Assembly (NCBI GenBank): GCA_040217195.1
Contig: JAVJNR010000002.1
Coordinates: 1 to 64,000 of the forward strand
Length of the DNA: 64,000 bases
Direction of reading: 5' to 3'
Source of the DNA: Leptospiraceae bacterium
GTDB lineage: Bacteria; Spirochaetota; Leptospiria; Leptospirales; Leptonemataceae
A program made the translations under genes and the position numbers. Below, in pieces: positions 32,199-41,845 of the stretch. The notes below the pieces were generated by a model that had not been told where the DNA came from, did not search any database, and saw only the letters and a program-made list of their open reading frames with translations. Every line of letters begins with the position of its first letter. Position 1 is the stretch's first letter.

Positions 32199-32891
32199 AT
32201 GATCCGACTATTACTTCCCATTCTGGTATTGAGTTTCGCAGGTTGGTATTGCTCTGCAATTGATGTAGCTATTCAGCACGATTCAGAAGTAGTGAACCGA
32301 ACTTTTCCTGAACAGAAGCCATCCGGATTTCTGATCGAAGGAGAAGAAGAGCCGGCTACACCAACCAATCGAATTCGTGTGGTTGTAATGCCCATCGAAG
32401 TCCGTGGCGAACAATGGGGCGGCCAATTCTCGGATGCCATTGCACTTCATTTGATGAAAACCAGGCGATTCGACGTACTTGAGCGAAGCTATCTCGAGCG
32501 AGTTCTAAGAGAGCAAAGCCTGCATCAGACCGGTCTCATTGACCCATCCACTGGCGCGAAGATTGGAAAAATCCTGGGGGCTCGATTTATTGTTACTGGA
32601 GAGGCCATACCTTTAAAATACCAGGACACTATCGGAAACTACCATGACAATATGATCGATACCTGCACCATTAAGATCATCGATGTGGAAACCGCGTCCC
32701 ACTATGCTATTATTCGAAAAGAGCCGGGCATTGCCTGGGACTGGACCTACCGGTTGATGTGGGCTGTTCCCTTAACTATGATCTGGGACCGAGAAGATCT
32801 ATTGATTGATAGCACCAAATACGATGAAATCGCGCAGCAGGTTGTAACTAGATTCGTAAACACTTTGCAGTATGGTGCTCCGGGCTTTTAG
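32199..32891 (+). CDS. CsgG/HfaB-like lipoprotein
   Basis: RFDVLERSYLERVLREQSL...GLIDPSTGAKIGKILGA; N-terminal signal with Cys. Confidence 0.8.
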   Translation: MIRLLLPILVLSFAGWYCSAIDVAIQHDSEVVNRTFPEQKPSGFLIEGEEEPATPTNRIRVVVMPIEVRGEQWGGQFSDAIALHLMKTRRFDVLERSYLERVLREQSLHQTGLIDPSTGAKIGKILGARFIVTGEAIPLKYQDTIGNYHDNMIDTCTIKIIDVETASHYAIIRKEPGIAWDWTYRLMWAVPLTMIWDREDLLIDSTKYDEIAQQVVTRFVNTLQYGAPGF

Positions 32892-33060
32892 GCCGATACG
32901 CCTGCACACAAGCAGGATTAACCGGAATTCATTCCGCAGGACTCTGAGTTACCGAAACATTTCCTCCAGATAGCCGGGCAATCGACACAGAAGGTGCAAA
33001 TACCTTTGATTGGATCAGAAAAAGTCCGCCCAATTCCGAAAAATTCATTTGGTACCTGGA

Positions 33061-33984
33061 TCAGGAATGGAGCCCTTCATACAGGCGCAAGGCCACTTCC
33101 TTTTCAAATAGTTCGCTTCCGGGAGTCAACGCAGCAGCGCTTCCGCATGCAACCCCAAGCCGCACTGAATCTTCCAGCTCTTTTTCATGAAATAGTCCAT
33201 AGACGATTCCGGCTACCATGCTGTCTCCGGCCCCGACTGTACTACGAGGCTTAACAATGGGCGCAGGAACATGTTTAAGTTGCGAATCAAAATACAAATA
33301 GGCCCCTGCAGGACCCAGAGAAACTACCACTGCTTCGCAGGCATATCGCTCCACTACCTCACGAATCGCCCGTTCTACCTGATCTCCTTCCAGCTCATCT
33401 CGGCCTACTAGTCCGCCCAGTTCAGTAAGATTCGGCTTAATCAGAAAAATGGGCTGCTGCAGTGCCTCAACCATGGGTTGCCCATGGGTATCCAGAATGA
33501 ATCGCGCTCCCAGTTCCCTGGCGATCAATGCTATTTCTCCATAAGTATTTGAAGGCATGGTGGCCGGCAGACTGCCACTGGCCACAATGTAATCCGGTCC
33601 AGGATCCAGATCTAACAGCATCTTCTTAATCTGAGCTGCAGATAGTGGGGAGCCATCCGCATAGGGTAAGACGAATCGGTATTGTTTGTTCGAACCTCGA
33701 TCGAATACAGTCAGGTTTTCTCTGGTTTCCGAATCGACAGATAGGGCTCTAAATGCAATGTCCTGCTTTCGCATCAGTTCCTGAAGTAATTGACCATTGA
33801 ACCCGCCGGCTGTGCAGATCGCCAGGGCATCAACTCCCAGTTTTCTAAGCCCGCGGGCCACATTGATTCCTCCACCACCCGCTTCTTCGACTACGGAGCT
33901 GCAGCGAAGCTTTGCATCTGGCACTACTGCATCCACAACAACGCTTTTGTCGATGGATGGGTTCAAGGTAATGGTGACAATCAT
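33061..33984 (-). CDS. 1-phosphofructokinase/PfkB family hexose kinase
   Basis: TITLNPSID, GGGGINVA, IKPNLTEL, STVGAGDS. Confidence 0.93.
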   Translation of the reverse strand: MIVTITLNPSIDKSVVVDAVVPDAKLRCSSVVEEAGGGGINVARGLRKLGVDALAICTAGGFNGQLLQELMRKQDIAFRALSVDSETRENLTVFDRGSNKQYRFVLPYADGSPLSAAQIKKMLLDLDPGPDYIVASGSLPATMPSNTYGEIALIARELGARFILDTHGQPMVEALQQPIFLIKPNLTELGGLVGRDELEGDQVERAIREVVERYACEAVVVSLGPAGAYLYFDSQLKHVPAPIVKPRSTVGAGDSMVAGIVYGLFHEKELEDSVRLGVACGSAAALTPGSELFEKEVALRLYEGLHS

Positions 33985-34252
33985 GGCCTCTTTAGGCTAT
34001 GTCAATGGTCCCTGGTGCAAGCAAAAACGATGTCAGCGAGAAACTCAAAAGGACCCGGGTAATACTACCAGAAATAGGAATTCCGCACTCCATCCGGGAA
34101 AGGCCCGGACTACCAGGTCAGGAGATGTCACATAGTCTCAATCCACAAGAATTCTGGCGCCTGCTAGCCAGACTCCTTCTGGTTTTACTATTCGCACAGG
34201 AGTAAGAAAACGGGCATCAGCATCGCACGAACACGGGGCGGATTGATGCACC

Positions 34253-34723
34253 TTATTCCGGAAGATCCACAAGAAAGTAGGTATACTTTGCCTGAGCCAC
34301 ACGCTTACCCTGTTCGTTTAGATAGTCGCATATAAAGTAAAGCCGGTCGGATTCCTTTCGCTTTAGACGTGCCCGGGTCTTTACGACTCCAGAATCCACT
34401 GCTCGCAAATAGCGAATGGAAGCGCTGGCAGTAACCATCCTCTGATTCTTGCTGGTTAAGTGAAAGCCGCACATCAATGCGGTTATAGTATCTCCCACAG
34501 TGAAATAGACTCCTCCATGCATCAGCCCGTGTAGTGCCATAGTATCCTTTACCAGAGGCATTTCCGCTTCTGCTTCTTCACCGGTTACCATCTGCAATTT
34601 CATATGCGTATGACCCGGATGACACTGATCTACCAAAGCCTGGGCCTTTTCAAGAGGGGTTCCGTCTTGCTTGAAGGTAAAATGTTCTCTGGGTATGATT
34701 GATTCGATAAATTCCAAATCCAT
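34253..34723 (-). CDS. PaaI family (hotdog) thioesterase
   Basis: GLMHGG...GDT and IRYLRAV; GAGGAG RBS before the ATG at 34723. Confidence 0.88.
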   Translation of the reverse strand: MDLEFIESIIPREHFTFKQDGTPLEKAQALVDQCHPGHTHMKLQMVTGEEAEAEMPLVKDTMALHGLMHGGVYFTVGDTITALMCGFHLTSKNQRMVTASASIRYLRAVDSGVVKTRARLKRKESDRLYFICDYLNEQGKRVAQAKYTYFLVDLPE

Positions 34724-34737
34724 AGATCGCTCCTCTA

Positions 34738-34836
34738 GCCCGCAAGCCCGCAAGCCCGCAAGCCCGCAAGCCCGCAAGCCCGCAAGCCCGCAAGCCCGCA
34801 AGCCCGCAAGCCCGCAAGCCCGCAAGCCCGCAAGCC
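34738..34836. repeat. Perfect 8-bp tandem repeat GCCCGCAA, about 12 copies
   Basis: Directly visible; abuts the RBS of the thioesterase gene. Confidence 0.97.
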
Positions 34837-34912
34837 TCTGATTGCCGACTCACTTATTTAACAGCTCCAATAATAGATGCTTCAATTTCCTGCAACTCTC
34901 CAAGCCAAGCAT

Positions 34913-34960
34913 GAGACAAGTTGGTCTCCCCATTGCACCCAATGGAGACAGGGTTGTCTA
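34913..34960. promoter_or_regulatory. Two AGAC-N6-GTCT palindromes, putative TetR operators
   Basis: GAGACAAGTTGGTCTC (34913-34928) and GAGACAGGGTTGTCTA (34945-34960) between the divergent thioesterase and TetR genes. Confidence 0.7.
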
Positions 34961-34987
34961 CTTTTTTTTCTGGCCAGCAAAAGGGCT

Positions 34988-35650
34988 ATGAGCTACCGTC
35001 TACCTGCTATGCCTCTGGAAAAAAATAGGCAACACCTGGAAGCGCTGGCTGGTTCTCGCACCGCCGGAAACCCGGCGGCCCGTTTATTGGCTGCCGCCCG
35101 AAGTCTCTTTTACGAGCAAGGGTACGCACTTGCGGGTATCAATGACATTATCTCTCGGTCCAATACGTCGAAGAAGAGCTTTTATCGCTATTTTCCGAGC
35201 AAGCAAAAGCTGGGCGAAGCGTATCTGAAAGGACAAACCAGAGATTTGATTCGATTCATAGATTGGCTGGATAGCAAATCTAGAGACTATGACCATTTCT
35301 GCAGCTTATGGGCTCGCAGTATGATGCGAATTGCTTCCAGGTCTGATTACAATGGCTGCCCATTCGCCAATGCCAGGGCCCAGGCTCCGGAATTCCATGA
35401 TCTGATTCAGGACATTCATGAATTGCAGATACTTCGTCTGGAGAAGTTAATCAGCAGGCTACGACCGGATCTGGAGCGGAAAAAACAATGTCACTGGATT
35501 GCCCAGATTGCCAGCATGCAATACCAGGGAGCGATCCATTACTGGAGATTATCGGGAGATGTGGAGTCCTTTCGAAATATGGCTCTGATGCTGAAAACAC
35601 TGCCTGATTTGGCCGGTTCTCGGAAAGGAAGAAGAGTGCCTCGAGTATAG
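34988..35650 (+). CDS. TetR/AcrR family regulator (GCPF type)
   Basis: LFYEQGY...SKKSFYRYFPSK HTH and NGCPF; start 34988 or 35009. Confidence 0.9.
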   Translation: MSYRLPAMPLEKNRQHLEALAGSRTAGNPAARLLAAARSLFYEQGYALAGINDIISRSNTSKKSFYRYFPSKQKLGEAYLKGQTRDLIRFIDWLDSKSRDYDHFCSLWARSMMRIASRSDYNGCPFANARAQAPEFHDLIQDIHELQILRLEKLISRLRPDLERKKQCHWIAQIASMQYQGAIHYWRLSGDVESFRNMALMLKTLPDLAGSRKGRRVPRV

Positions 35651-35708
35651 CCATTGGTGTAGATTCGAAAACTACTGCGGCCCGAAGCAGCGAGCCGCAG
35701 AATATACC

Positions 35709-36230
35709 TCATTCAAGTTCGAAACTCACTTCCTCGGAGCCTTTCCGGTCACCGTTTTTTACAGTGATCTCAGCTCGATATTGTCCCTTACCCGAAGTTG
35801 CGAACGAAAACCCATCATGATGCATTTTCTCATTGCTCATCTGAGCATGACTTACCTGTAATTCATGCCCTTCGGGTCCGAATACCTTTATGGATACCTC
35901 TGCCTCACGAAGTAATTCATTGCTCTCTTTATCCAGAACAGTGAGCATCAGATGTCGATCAGAGTCTTTCATATGCTCATCATGGCCTTTCATTTTCATC
36001 ATATCCATCATCTTATGGTGCTGCCCCATGCTCATCCAGTCGACGGTTACTTTCGCGCCCGCCAATTCCAGATTTCGAGTTTCTCGATTCATTGTCTCAT
36101 GATGCATGGAGCTATCCATTTCCTTCTGATGCATGGAATGATCTTGAGAACCATTTCCGCAGGTGGAGATCCAAATCGCAGCTCCGATAAGCAACGAAAT
36201 TGTTCCCGGTATTGTCTTGTTCATATTCAT
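35709..36230 (-). CDS. Exported Met/His-rich putative copper-binding lipoprotein
   Basis: Signal ending ISTC; HSMHQKEMDSSMHH and HHKMMDMMKMKGHDEHM; last gene of the copper cluster. Confidence 0.7.
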   Translation of the reverse strand: MNMNKTIPGTISLLIGAAIWISTCGNGSQDHSMHQKEMDSSMHHETMNRETRNLELAGAKVTVDWMSMGQHHKMMDMMKMKGHDEHMKDSDRHLMLTVLDKESNELLREAEVSIKVFGPEGHELQVSHAQMSNEKMHHDGFSFATSGKGQYRAEITVKNGDRKGSEEVSFELE

Positions 36231-36316
36231 ACTCCTAATTATCTATAATCTTGTTCTCAGTATTTTTTCGCTTCTACTCGAGAGCTGCGTGCGAGGGACT
36301 CAGAGCAAAAGTCTCC

Positions 36317-38446
36317 TCAACCTGCCCTGTGGGCCTTACGCTTAAGAAGTTGAGCGTTGATTGCCACAATAATCGTGCTCAGACTCATGAACACAGCTCC
36401 CACTGCCGGACTAATGACAATTCCAGGAATAAATCCTGTGGCCAGGGGAAGTGCGATGGCATTGTATCCAGTGGCCCAGATCAGGTTCTGGATCATCTTG
36501 GAGTAAGTGGCTCGGCCGAAGAGAATTAGCTGAGCGATGTCTGCTGGATTGCTTCGCACGAGAATGATATCTGCTGTACTGGCGGCAACATCCGTTCCGG
36601 ACCCCACAGCAATGCCAATGTTGGCTGTGGCCAGTGCGGGAGCGTCGTTCACTCCGTCGCCTGTCATGGCTACAAAGTGTCCCTGGTTCTGCAGCTCCTT
36701 GATGATTTCCACTTTCTTTTCAGGCATCACTCGACTGTAATAACCATCCAGTCCCAGTTCATCGCTCACGGCCCGGGCGGTGGATTCTCCATCACCGGTG
36801 GCCATATAGAGTTTAATCCCTCGTTTTCGCAGAGTTTTCACTGCTTCCTTGCTTTCTGGTCGGATTTCATCCGCAAGACTGAGTCTGGCCAGAAGTACAT
36901 CTCCTCGAAGCAAGTACACCTCGGTGGCGCCAGGCATTCCTCCGTCCGGTAATTGCAGTCCTTTTTCTTCCACAGATTTGGAGCTCACCACGGAATAGAA
37001 CTGGCCATCCACCTTACCCTGTATTCCTCTTCCGGTAATCGTTTCAAATTCAGAAACCTCCGGCAGAGTTAAAGAGCGGAAGCGAGCTCCTTCCAATAAA
37101 CCAGTGGCTATTGGATGCTCGGAATGCTGTTCCAGACCGGCTGCAATCCTTAGAACGTCATCCTCTGTAGAGTCGGCAAAGAGTTCTGTCCGAGCCAGGC
37201 GGAAAACTCCCCTGGTTAGAGTACCGGTCTTGTCGAATACCAGGGCTGTAATTTTACGAGCATTCTCAAAGGCCGTTCGATTCCGAATAAGCAGACCATT
37301 CCGGGCAGACATGGCTGTGGATATGGCCACCACGAGAGGAATGGCCAGTCCCAGAGCATGGGGACAGGAAATCACCATTACTGTTACCGTCCTTTCCAGA
37401 ATATAGCTCACATCCTCACCAAGAAGAGCCCAGCCCACGGAAGTGATTATACCTGCACCAATTGCAACAAAGGCCAACCAGGCCGCTGCTTTGTTGGCAA
37501 GGTTTTGAGTTCTGGATTTCGCAGATTGAGCCTCCTCCACAAGGGTAATCACCTGCTGGAGATAGCTGTCTTTTCCGGTCTTTTCGACTCGGATCTGAAT
37601 GGATGAATTACCGTTCAAGGATCCGCCAATTACCTGATCTTCCGCTTTTCTTTTGATCGGAACGCTTTCGCCGGTAACCAGAGATTCATCCACATAACTT
37701 TCGCCTTCGATTACGGTACCATCCGCCGGAATCTTTTCGTTGGCTCGAATAAGAATAATGTCTCCCGTTTGAAGCGAATCAATGGATACATCGACCCAAT
37801 CATCTCCTTCCTTCTTATGGGCTTCTGCTGGTAGAAGTTCCACCAGCAATTGGAGAGCATTGGAAGCACCCATAACGGATTTCATCTCAATCCAGTGCCC
37901 CAGAAGCATTACAACAATCAGAGTTGCAAGCTCCCAGAAGAAGTCCATACCCGGCAGACCAAATACAATGGCTGAACTGTACACATAGGCAACAGTGATG
38001 GCCAGACCAATCAATGTCATCATTCCTGGTTGCTTTTTCTTTAGCTCAGAGAACAGACCGGTAAGGAAGGGCCAGCCGCCGTAGAAGAACAGAATGGTTG
38101 CCAGACCGAAGACAATGTATCCCTGAAAGGGAATCGTCAGTTCAAATCCCAGAAAACCCTGGATCATCTTCGAAAGTGCCAGGATTGGTACAGTTAGAAT
38201 CAAAGAAACATAGAATCGTTTCTTAAAATCTTCGATCATATGTGCATGATGATCTCCGTGACCGGAATGATCTCCGTGACCGGAATGATCTCCGTGACCG
38301 GAATGATCTCCGTGACCGGAATGATCTCCGTGACCGGAATGATCTCCGTGGCCGGAATGATCTTCGTGGCCGGAATGATCTCCGTGACCGGAATGATCTC
38401 CGCGAGCAGTATGATCTTCGTGGCCGGGTTTGTATTGTTGTGACAT
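36317..38446 (-). CDS. copB: Copper-translocating P1B-type ATPase (CopB-like, CPH) with His-rich N-terminus
   Basis: SCPHALGL, DKTGT, SEHP, TGE, GDGVNDAPAL, YN and MSLS motifs. Confidence 0.93.
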   Translation of the reverse strand: MSQQYKPGHEDHTARGDHSGHGDHSGHEDHSGHGDHSGHGDHSGHGDHSGHGDHSGHGDHSGHGDHHAHMIEDFKKRFYVSLILTVPILALSKMIQGFLGFELTIPFQGYIVFGLATILFFYGGWPFLTGLFSELKKKQPGMMTLIGLAITVAYVYSSAIVFGLPGMDFFWELATLIVVMLLGHWIEMKSVMGASNALQLLVELLPAEAHKKEGDDWVDVSIDSLQTGDIILIRANEKIPADGTVIEGESYVDESLVTGESVPIKRKAEDQVIGGSLNGNSSIQIRVEKTGKDSYLQQVITLVEEAQSAKSRTQNLANKAAAWLAFVAIGAGIITSVGWALLGEDVSYILERTVTVMVISCPHALGLAIPLVVAISTAMSARNGLLIRNRTAFENARKITALVFDKTGTLTRGVFRLARTELFADSTEDDVLRIAAGLEQHSEHPIATGLLEGARFRSLTLPEVSEFETITGRGIQGKVDGQFYSVVSSKSVEEKGLQLPDGGMPGATEVYLLRGDVLLARLSLADEIRPESKEAVKTLRKRGIKLYMATGDGESTARAVSDELGLDGYYSRVMPEKKVEIIKELQNQGHFVAMTGDGVNDAPALATANIGIAVGSGTDVAASTADIILVRSNPADIAQLILFGRATYSKMIQNLIWATGYNAIALPLATGFIPGIVISPAVGAVFMSLSTIIVAINAQLLKRKAHRAG
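38247..38426 (-). repeat. Coding 18-bp tandem repeat encoding (G/E)DHSGH, about 10 units
   Basis: atgatctccgtgaccgga units on the + strand; in frame within the ATPase N-terminus. Confidence 0.93.
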
Positions 38447-38548
38447 AGAACCTCCTGAAATTCAGCCTCCAATGGGCTGCCTTTACCGGGAAAACGCAAT
38501 GTGCGCTTCCTGGTTACAGTAATGGGCGGAAAAAACCGCCCGAAATGG

Positions 38549-41500
38549 TCAGGCCTGGATTTCGCCGGATTTAATTAGAGTCTTCTCTTTCCACATTGTG
38601 TAGAGAACCGGATAGACCAGAAGTTCCAGAGCAAAGCTGGTAACCAACCCTCCAATCATGGGAGCTGCAATTCTTCGCATTAGATCTGAACCTGTGCCAT
38701 CGCTCCAGAGTATGGGAAGCAAGGCTACGAAGCCTGTGCCCACTGTCATTATCTTGGGGCGAACCCGGCGAACGGCACCGTGAAGAACAGCCTGCATTAA
38801 GTCATTTCGATCATTCAACAGCCCATTCTTCTTTCGATCATCCACAGAAATGTCCAGAAAGAGAAGCATGAAAGCTCCGGTTTCTGCATCCAGGCCCATC
38901 AAAGCTATCATCCCTACCCAGACTGCAATGGACATATTATAATCCAGAGCAAATAGAAGCCAGACCGCGCCCATAATACTGAATGGTAATCCCATCATTA
39001 TGATGGCTGTTTTGAACCAGTGTCTGGTGTTCATATACATGAGAGTCAGGATGATCAACAATGTGATTGGAATCACAACCATCATTCGCTGCGAAGCACG
39101 CTGCATATTCTCGTACTGACCGCTAAATCGATAGGAATATCCAGGGGGCAAATCCAGATTCGCCTGCAGGGCTTGCTTCGCTTTCATTACGTAAGTGCCA
39201 ATATCCACATTTTCGATGTCCACAAACACATAGCCTGAAAGTAGGCCATCTTCGTTACGGATCATACCTGGCCCTGAAACAATTTCAATGTGGGCCACCT
39301 GTGAAATTGGAATCTGGGCCCCACCGGGAGTAGTGACCAGAGTTCTACCCAGGTCTCGAATAGATTCCCGGGATTTTCGCTGATAGCGAACCTGAATGCT
39401 ATATCGTTCCCTTCCTTCCACAGTAGTACTTACATCCTGGCCTCCCACACCAATGCGAATAGACTTATGCAAATCACCGACAGTCAGTCCGTACCTGGCC
39501 ATCAATTCGCGATGAGGCACAATGTCGATGTAGGTTCCTCCGCGAACTCTCTCTGCATAGACGCTGCGGCTTCCTTCCAGCTTCTGAAGTATTTCTTCTG
39601 TTCTAACGGCGAGTCTTTCGATTTCTTTCAGATCACGGCCAAAGAATTTCACACCAATGGGTGTACGAATTCCAGTGGTTAGCATGTCAATTCGACCTCT
39701 TATGGGCATGGTCCAGGCATTGGTCCATCCGGGAAACTGCATGGCTTTGTTCATTTCCTCAGTAAGCTCTTTATACGATATTCGATCGGACCAGATCCAG
39801 CTAAATAGACCATGCATGAAATTCGGAAGAAAACTGTACCATCGCTCCTTCTTTCTCCATTCAGATTCTGGCTTGAGCATGACCGTAGTTTCGACCATTG
39901 ATAACGGGGCCGGATCTGTAGAGGTGTTGGCCCGACCAGCCTTGCCAAAGACTCGCTCTACTTCTGGAAATTGTTTTAAAACTCGATCCTGGACCTGGAG
40001 CATTCGCTGAGCTTCCGATGCGGAAAGACCGGGTACCGTGGTAGGCATATACAGAATCGTTCCTTCATTCAGCGGAGGCATAAATTCAGAACCCAGCCCC
40101 ATAAACAATGGAACCGTACCTAGCAGCAAGGCACCGGCGGTTACCAGGACCTGCTTTCTGAATTTCAAAACAAACAGACAGGCAGGCTCATAGATTCGGA
40201 AAAGAAACCGGCTAATGGGATGATCATCTTCCTTATGATATTTTCCTACAAATAGGGTCGTTGCCAATTTCGCAAGCCAGGCAGGCTGAAAATCGTACGG
40301 ACGATAACGGTTAAAGAGCATCTGAACGGCAGGGTTCAGTGTTATGGCAAGAAGAGCCGCAATAGCCATGGCCAGATTCTTGGAATACGCCAGGGGCTTG
40401 AATAATCGACCTTCCTGGCCCACCAGGGCAAAGATTGGCATGAAGGATACCGCGATTACCAGAAGCGAAAAGAATATCGATGGCCCCACTTCTTTCAAGG
40501 CTTCAATTCTTACGCGCATGAAATCTTTCTTGATTACTTCCGGATCCCGCTCATCCGAGCTTCCTCCATTGCCCGCTTCCTGCCACTGCTGGATTCGAGT
40601 ATAAATGTTCTCCACCTGAATAATTGCCCCATCCACCAGAACGCCTATGGATATGGCAATTCCGCCCAGACTCATAAGATTGGTGGTTACCCCGGTGAAA
40701 TACAGAGGCAGAAAAGAGAGAAAAACAGAGATGGGAATTGTAACTGCGGCGCTACTGGCAGAAGGAATATGCAACAGGAAAATAATGATCACAAGGCTGA
40801 CGATGATCATCTCTTCGATCAAGGTGCCTGTTATCGTGGATATGGCCTCATTAATCAATTCGGAACGATCGTAAGTAGGAACAATCTTCATTCCTTCTGG
40901 CAGGGAATCCTTTAAAGAATCGATTCGTTCTTTGACTCGATCAATCACATCCAGGGCATTTTCGCCGTCGCGCATCACGACAATGGCTCCGACCGTATCT
41001 CCCTTTCCGTCCAGATCGGCCACACCGCGCCGAATGTCCGGACCAAACTGAATATGAGCAACGTTTCGCAGCAGAACTGGATCGCCGGTCTTCGGATCTA
41101 CCTTTAGCACCACAGATTCCAGATCTTTCAAATCCCGGATATAGCCCCGACCCCGCACCATGTACTCCCGGCCGGCAAATTCCATAATTCGTCCGCCAGA
41201 TTCCATATTGGATTGCCGGATCGCTTCTACCACTCGATCCAGGGAGATGTTCAACGACTGAAGCTTTGTAGGATCAATCATTACCTGGTATTGCTTTTCA
41301 ACTCCACCTACAGCTGCGACCTCGGAAACGCCATCCACAGCCTGGATTTGATATTTAAGATTCCAGTCCTGGTAGCTGCGAAGATCGGCAAGACTGTTCT
41401 TTCCAGATTCATCCGTAAGTGCATATTGATAGACCCAGCCAAGAGCGCTGGCATCCGGTCCCAGCTCCACTGAAACCCCGTCCGGCAAATTCGGCTGCAC

Positions 41501-41845
41501 TTGCGATAGATATTCCAGAACTCTGCTGCGAGCCCAGTACAGGTCGGTTCCGTCTTCGAAGATTACATAGATGAACGAATTTCCATAGTCTGAAACGCCA
41601 CGAATGGTCTTTACCTTTGGCGCACCCAGCATCGCTGAAACGATGGGATAGGTGACCTGGTCTTCAATGATTCCCGGACTTTGATTCCATTTCGCGTATA
41701 CAATTACCTGAGTATCGCTCAAGTCCGGCAATGCATCCACCGGGATTTGCTTAATAGCCCAGTAGGATGCTCCCATGAGAAGAAGCACTCCGGCCAGCAT
41801 GGCATATTTTTGCCGGGCAGAGAATTCAATGATTCTGGCTATCAT
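38549..41845 (-). CDS. cusA: CusA/CzcA family heavy-metal RND permease
   Basis: DALPDLSDTQVIV, GPDASALGWVYQY, GSEFMPPLNEG, DPAPLSMVET, RVRPKIMT. Confidence 0.95.
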   Translation of the reverse strand: MIARIIEFSARQKYAMLAGVLLLMGASYWAIKQIPVDALPDLSDTQVIVYAKWNQSPGIIEDQVTYPIVSAMLGAPKVKTIRGVSDYGNSFIYVIFEDGTDLYWARSRVLEYLSQVQPNLPDGVSVELGPDASALGWVYQYALTDESGKNSLADLRSYQDWNLKYQIQAVDGVSEVAAVGGVEKQYQVMIDPTKLQSLNISLDRVVEAIRQSNMESGGRIMEFAGREYMVRGRGYIRDLKDLESVVLKVDPKTGDPVLLRNVAHIQFGPDIRRGVADLDGKGDTVGAIVVMRDGENALDVIDRVKERIDSLKDSLPEGMKIVPTYDRSELINEAISTITGTLIEEMIIVSLVIIIFLLHIPSASSAAVTIPISVFLSFLPLYFTGVTTNLMSLGGIAISIGVLVDGAIIQVENIYTRIQQWQEAGNGGSSDERDPEVIKKDFMRVRIEALKEVGPSIFFSLLVIAVSFMPIFALVGQEGRLFKPLAYSKNLAMAIAALLAITLNPAVQMLFNRYRPYDFQPAWLAKLATTLFVGKYHKEDDHPISRFLFRIYEPACLFVLKFRKQVLVTAGALLLGTVPLFMGLGSEFMPPLNEGTILYMPTTVPGLSASEAQRMLQVQDRVLKQFPEVERVFGKAGRANTSTDPAPLSMVETTVMLKPESEWRKKERWYSFLPNFMHGLFSWIWSDRISYKELTEEMNKAMQFPGWTNAWTMPIRGRIDMLTTGIRTPIGVKFFGRDLKEIERLAVRTEEILQKLEGSRSVYAERVRGGTYIDIVPHRELMARYGLTVGDLHKSIRIGVGGQDVSTTVEGRERYSIQVRYQRKSRESIRDLGRTLVTTPGGAQIPISQVAHIEIVSGPGMIRNEDGLLSGYVFVDIENVDIGTYVMKAKQALQANLDLPPGYSYRFSGQYENMQRASQRMMVVIPITLLIILTLMYMNTRHWFKTAIIMMGLPFSIMGAVWLLFALDYNMSIAVWVGMIALMGLDAETGAFMLLFLDISVDDRKKNGLLNDRNDLMQAVLHGAVRRVRPKIMTVGTGFVALLPILWSDGTGSDLMRRIAAPMIGGLVTSFALELLVYPVLYTMWKEKTLIKSGEIQA

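Noticed and set aside
34738..34836. CRISPR array interpretation of this and the other repeats
   Set aside because: Units are contiguous with no unique spacers, and no cas genes are in the window.
34724..34853. RACGLAGL repeat peptides and the long N-terminal extension of the thioesterase
   Set aside because: They are translations of the 8-bp repeat; a clear RBS and ATG exist at 34723.
38236..38499. Repeat ORFs (TEIIPV, ISVTGM, RDRNDL)
   Set aside because: Alternative-frame translations of the His repeat in the ATPase.
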